A stretch of 64,000 nucleotides of DNA from a bacterium (GTDB taxonomy: Bacteria; UBA8248; JACPRG01; G963555815), in assembly GCA_965261595.1 (NCBI GenBank), contig CBDHDG010000004.1, forward strand, positions 320,001-384,000. The letters run 5' to 3'. Below the pieces are notes generated by a model that was given only the letters and a program-made list of their open reading frames with translations, was not told the origin of the DNA and searched no databases. A program made the translations under genes and the position numbers. Positions 61,589-64,000 of the stretch are shown here, piece after piece; the stretch's first letter is position 1; every line of letters begins with the position of its first letter.

Positions 61589-61782
61589 AGGTCGTTTACG
61601 ACGAGGAAACGGACACCTTGACGGTGACGTTGAGGGATTCGTCGGTGGCGGAGAGCGACGAAGAGAAGACGGGAACAATTTTGGATTATGACGAAGACGG
61701 CAACCTCGTTTCCATCGAGATCCTGGACGCCTCGAAACGGGTGCAACAGCCGTGGGGAATCGAGTACGAGATGACGAAATAG
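61585..61782 (+). CDS. DUF2283 putative antitoxin
   Basis: MKVVYDEETDTL..ESDE...ILDYDEDGNLVSIEILDASK. Confidence 0.85.
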   Translation: MKVVYDEETDTLTVTLRDSSVAESDEEKTGTILDYDEDGNLVSIEILDASKRVQQPWGIEYEMTK

Positions 61783-61975
61783 GGCGCCTGTTCCTACGGC
61801 GAAAAACGCTGTGTGCCCGCAAGAGCCTGCCCTGAGCGTAGCCGAAGGGGGTGCCCCCGCGACCACGGAATACACAACCCACGAATTTTTTTCTTTACGC
61901 CTCCCGCCGAACTTTCTTACGATTCCGGGCGTCAAACCCTTGTAGTCAAAAAACGTCTGACATGGGGATGCTCGT

Positions 61976-63091
61976 ATGAAGCGGGTCTTGATTTGGGTCC
62001 TTGTCCTGAGCGCGGGATTCGTTCTCGGCCGGCCCGCGCCCTCCCCCGCCGCCCAGCGGCGGATCGCCGTCCTGGACTTCCGGAACACGAGCAACCATCC
62101 AGAGCTGGGCTGGCTCTCCCAGGCCGTCCCGGAGACCCTCGTGACGAAGCTCGCGGGGGTCGCCTCGATCCACGTCATCGAGCGGGGACAGCTTGCGAAG
62201 GTCATCAAGGAGCAGCGCCTCGGCATGTCGGACCTGTTCGACCCCTCGAAGGCCGCGAAGGTCGGGCGGCTCGCGGGGGCGCACGTCATCGTCATCGGCG
62301 GGTACGTCGTCTTCGGAAAAGACCTGATGTTCAACCTCCGTTTCGTGGATACGGAGACCGCGATCGTCCTCCACACCGCCCAGGTCCAGGGGGGCGTCTC
62401 GGACGGCAAGGCCCTCTTCGCCGCCCTGATCCGTCTGGCGGACGCGGCGGTCGAGTCGCTGGGGAAGAAGGTCGTCGTCCGGGGAGGCGAGAAGCGGGTC
62501 GTCAAGGCCGCGCCGGTTTCCGTGACACCGAGGGAGAGGCGGCGCCTTGCGGCCCCGCCGGCCAAATCCCTCACGGCGTACGCGCTTTACGGCAAGGGCC
62601 TCGCGGCCTACAAGAAGGGCCGCTGGCGGGAAGCCGACGCGCTTTACGCCCGGGCGCTTGAGAGAGACCCCGCGTTTGCTGGCGCGGCCGGGTGGCGCGC
62701 GACGGTATTGATCGGCCTGGGGCGGTACGCCGAGGCCCTGAACCTCAACGCCCGGGCCCTGGCGCTCTACCGGGAAAAGCGTGACGAAAAAAATACCGCC
62801 GCCGTCCTCAATAACATCGGCGTGATCCACAAAAGACAGGGCCGGTATGACGAGGCGTTGCGGAGGTACGAGGAATCGCTCGACATCAAGCGCAGGCTCG
62901 GAAACCAGGCCGGAATCGCCGCGACGCTCGGGAACATCGGTTCGCTCTATTACCAACAAGGCCGGTATGACGAAGCCATGCGAAAGCACAAGGATTCTCT
63001 CGACATCGAGCGCCGGATCGGCGTGCCGACGAAGCGCACGGAAGGGAATATCACGGTTGTCAAGAAGCGGGTTCCGGGCGGGGGGTGTTGA
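61976..63091 (+). CDS. Secreted CsgG/TolB-N-like domain + TPR protein
   Basis: Signal peptide; IAVLDFRN..VIERGQL..EQ.L..AAKVGRLAGA; TPRs (LNNIG.I...QGRYDEAL, LGNIG). Confidence 0.82.
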   Translation: MKRVLIWVLVLSAGFVLGRPAPSPAAQRRIAVLDFRNTSNHPELGWLSQAVPETLVTKLAGVASIHVIERGQLAKVIKEQRLGMSDLFDPSKAAKVGRLAGAHVIVIGGYVVFGKDLMFNLRFVDTETAIVLHTAQVQGGVSDGKALFAALIRLADAAVESLGKKVVVRGGEKRVVKAAPVSVTPRERRRLAAPPAKSLTAYALYGKGLAAYKKGRWREADALYARALERDPAFAGAAGWRATVLIGLGRYAEALNLNARALALYREKRDEKNTAAVLNNIGVIHKRQGRYDEALRRYEESLDIKRRLGNQAGIAATLGNIGSLYYQQGRYDEAMRKHKDSLDIERRIGVPTKRTEGNITVVKKRVPGGGC

Positions 63092-63345
63092 GGGGGGGGG
63101 GGACATCATATCAGGTACGGTCAAATGGGGTCTCTTCAATATAGGGGCCGGACGGCGCCACCGCCTCGGTGGTCCCTGTACCGGCCCGTCACACACCCGC
63201 CGGGAACAGAATGTTGTGGCTTGGTCAACACCCAGCCGTTCGGCAGGTTGTTGAGAATCAACCGGTTCACTCGACCTAACTTCGTTCAGCCGATTGGCTT
63301 TGTGATAAATTCATACTAAACACGCCTGACATGGGGATGCTCGTC

Positions 63346-64000
63346 ATGAAGCGGGTCTGGATTTGGGTCTTCGTCTTGAGCGCGGGATTCGTTCTCGGCC
63401 GGCCCGCGCCTTCCCCCGCCGCCCAGCGGCGGATCGCCGTCCTGGACTTCCGGAACACGAAGCAACCATCAAGAGCTGAGCTGGCTCTCCCAGGCCGTCC
63501 CGGAGACCCTCGTGACGAAGCTCGCGGGGGTCGCCTCGATCCACGTCATCGAGCGGGGGCAGCTTGCGAAGCTGCGCCTCGGCATATCGGACCTGTTCGA
63601 CGCCTCGAAGGCCGCGAAGGTCGGACGGCTGGCGGGGGCGCAGGTCGTCGTCATCGGCGGGTACGTCGTCTTCGGCAAGGAGCTGATGTTCAACCTCCGT
63701 TCCGTGGACACTGAGACCGGCATCGTTCAGCACACCGCACAGATCCAGGGAAACGCCGCGACTGGGAAGGCCCTTTTCGGCGCCCTCAACCGCCTGGCGG
63801 ACGCGGCCGTCGAGTCGCTCGAAAAGAAGGTCGTCATCCGGGGGGGTGAGAAGCGGGTCGTGAAGGCCGCACCGGTTTCCCTAACACCGAGGGAGCGAAA
63901 GAGGCTTGCGGCCCCGCCGGCCAAATCCCTCACGGCGTAAGAGCTTTTCGGGAAGGGCCTCGCGGCCTACAAGAAGGGCCGCTGGCGGGAGTCCGACGCC
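63346..64000 (+). pseudogene. Degraded tandem paralog of the CsgG/TPR gene, runs off the window end
   Basis: Closely matches 61976 onward; frameshift near 63460, 12-nt in-frame deletion, TAC>TAA stop at 63938-63940. Confidence 0.8.

Overview
A 64 kb high-GC bacterial chromosomal segment, dense with accessory catabolic genes. No rRNA, tRNA or CRISPR array was seen. The main result is a glycine/sarcosine/betaine-reductase-type (Grd) operon at 11.2-15.8 kb that the ORF track splits: GrdB and GrdA each contain an in-frame TGA selenocysteine codon followed by a SECIS-like hairpin. The B-alpha subunit lacks the canonical pyruvoyl-forming cleavage motif, and grdD/trx are absent from the window, so the substrate or mechanism may be new. 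Other notable elements are: a Rieske ferredoxin + amidohydrolase-fold pair (likely dinuclear oxygenase); a divergent long-form tryptophan 2,3-dioxygenase behind an RBS-sequestering hairpin and a possible Trp-containing leader ORF; two tandem IS1380-family transposases whose outer ends form one IR/TSD-bounded unit; two Rieske oxygenase paralogs with identical Rieske-domain DNA; an apparent N-heterocycle catabolic island (Mo-hydroxylase, UbiD, DHPON-hydrolase-like, NicX/M29-like, cysteine hydrolase, maleate-isomerase remnant); four NMT1/THI5-like binding proteins; several REP/MITE-like repeat families; a DUF4258/DUF2283 toxin-antitoxin-like pair; and a duplicated CsgG/TPR gene. Many genes carry single-base frameshifts that look like long-read consensus errors. 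All product calls come from motif recognition only; no database searches were run.
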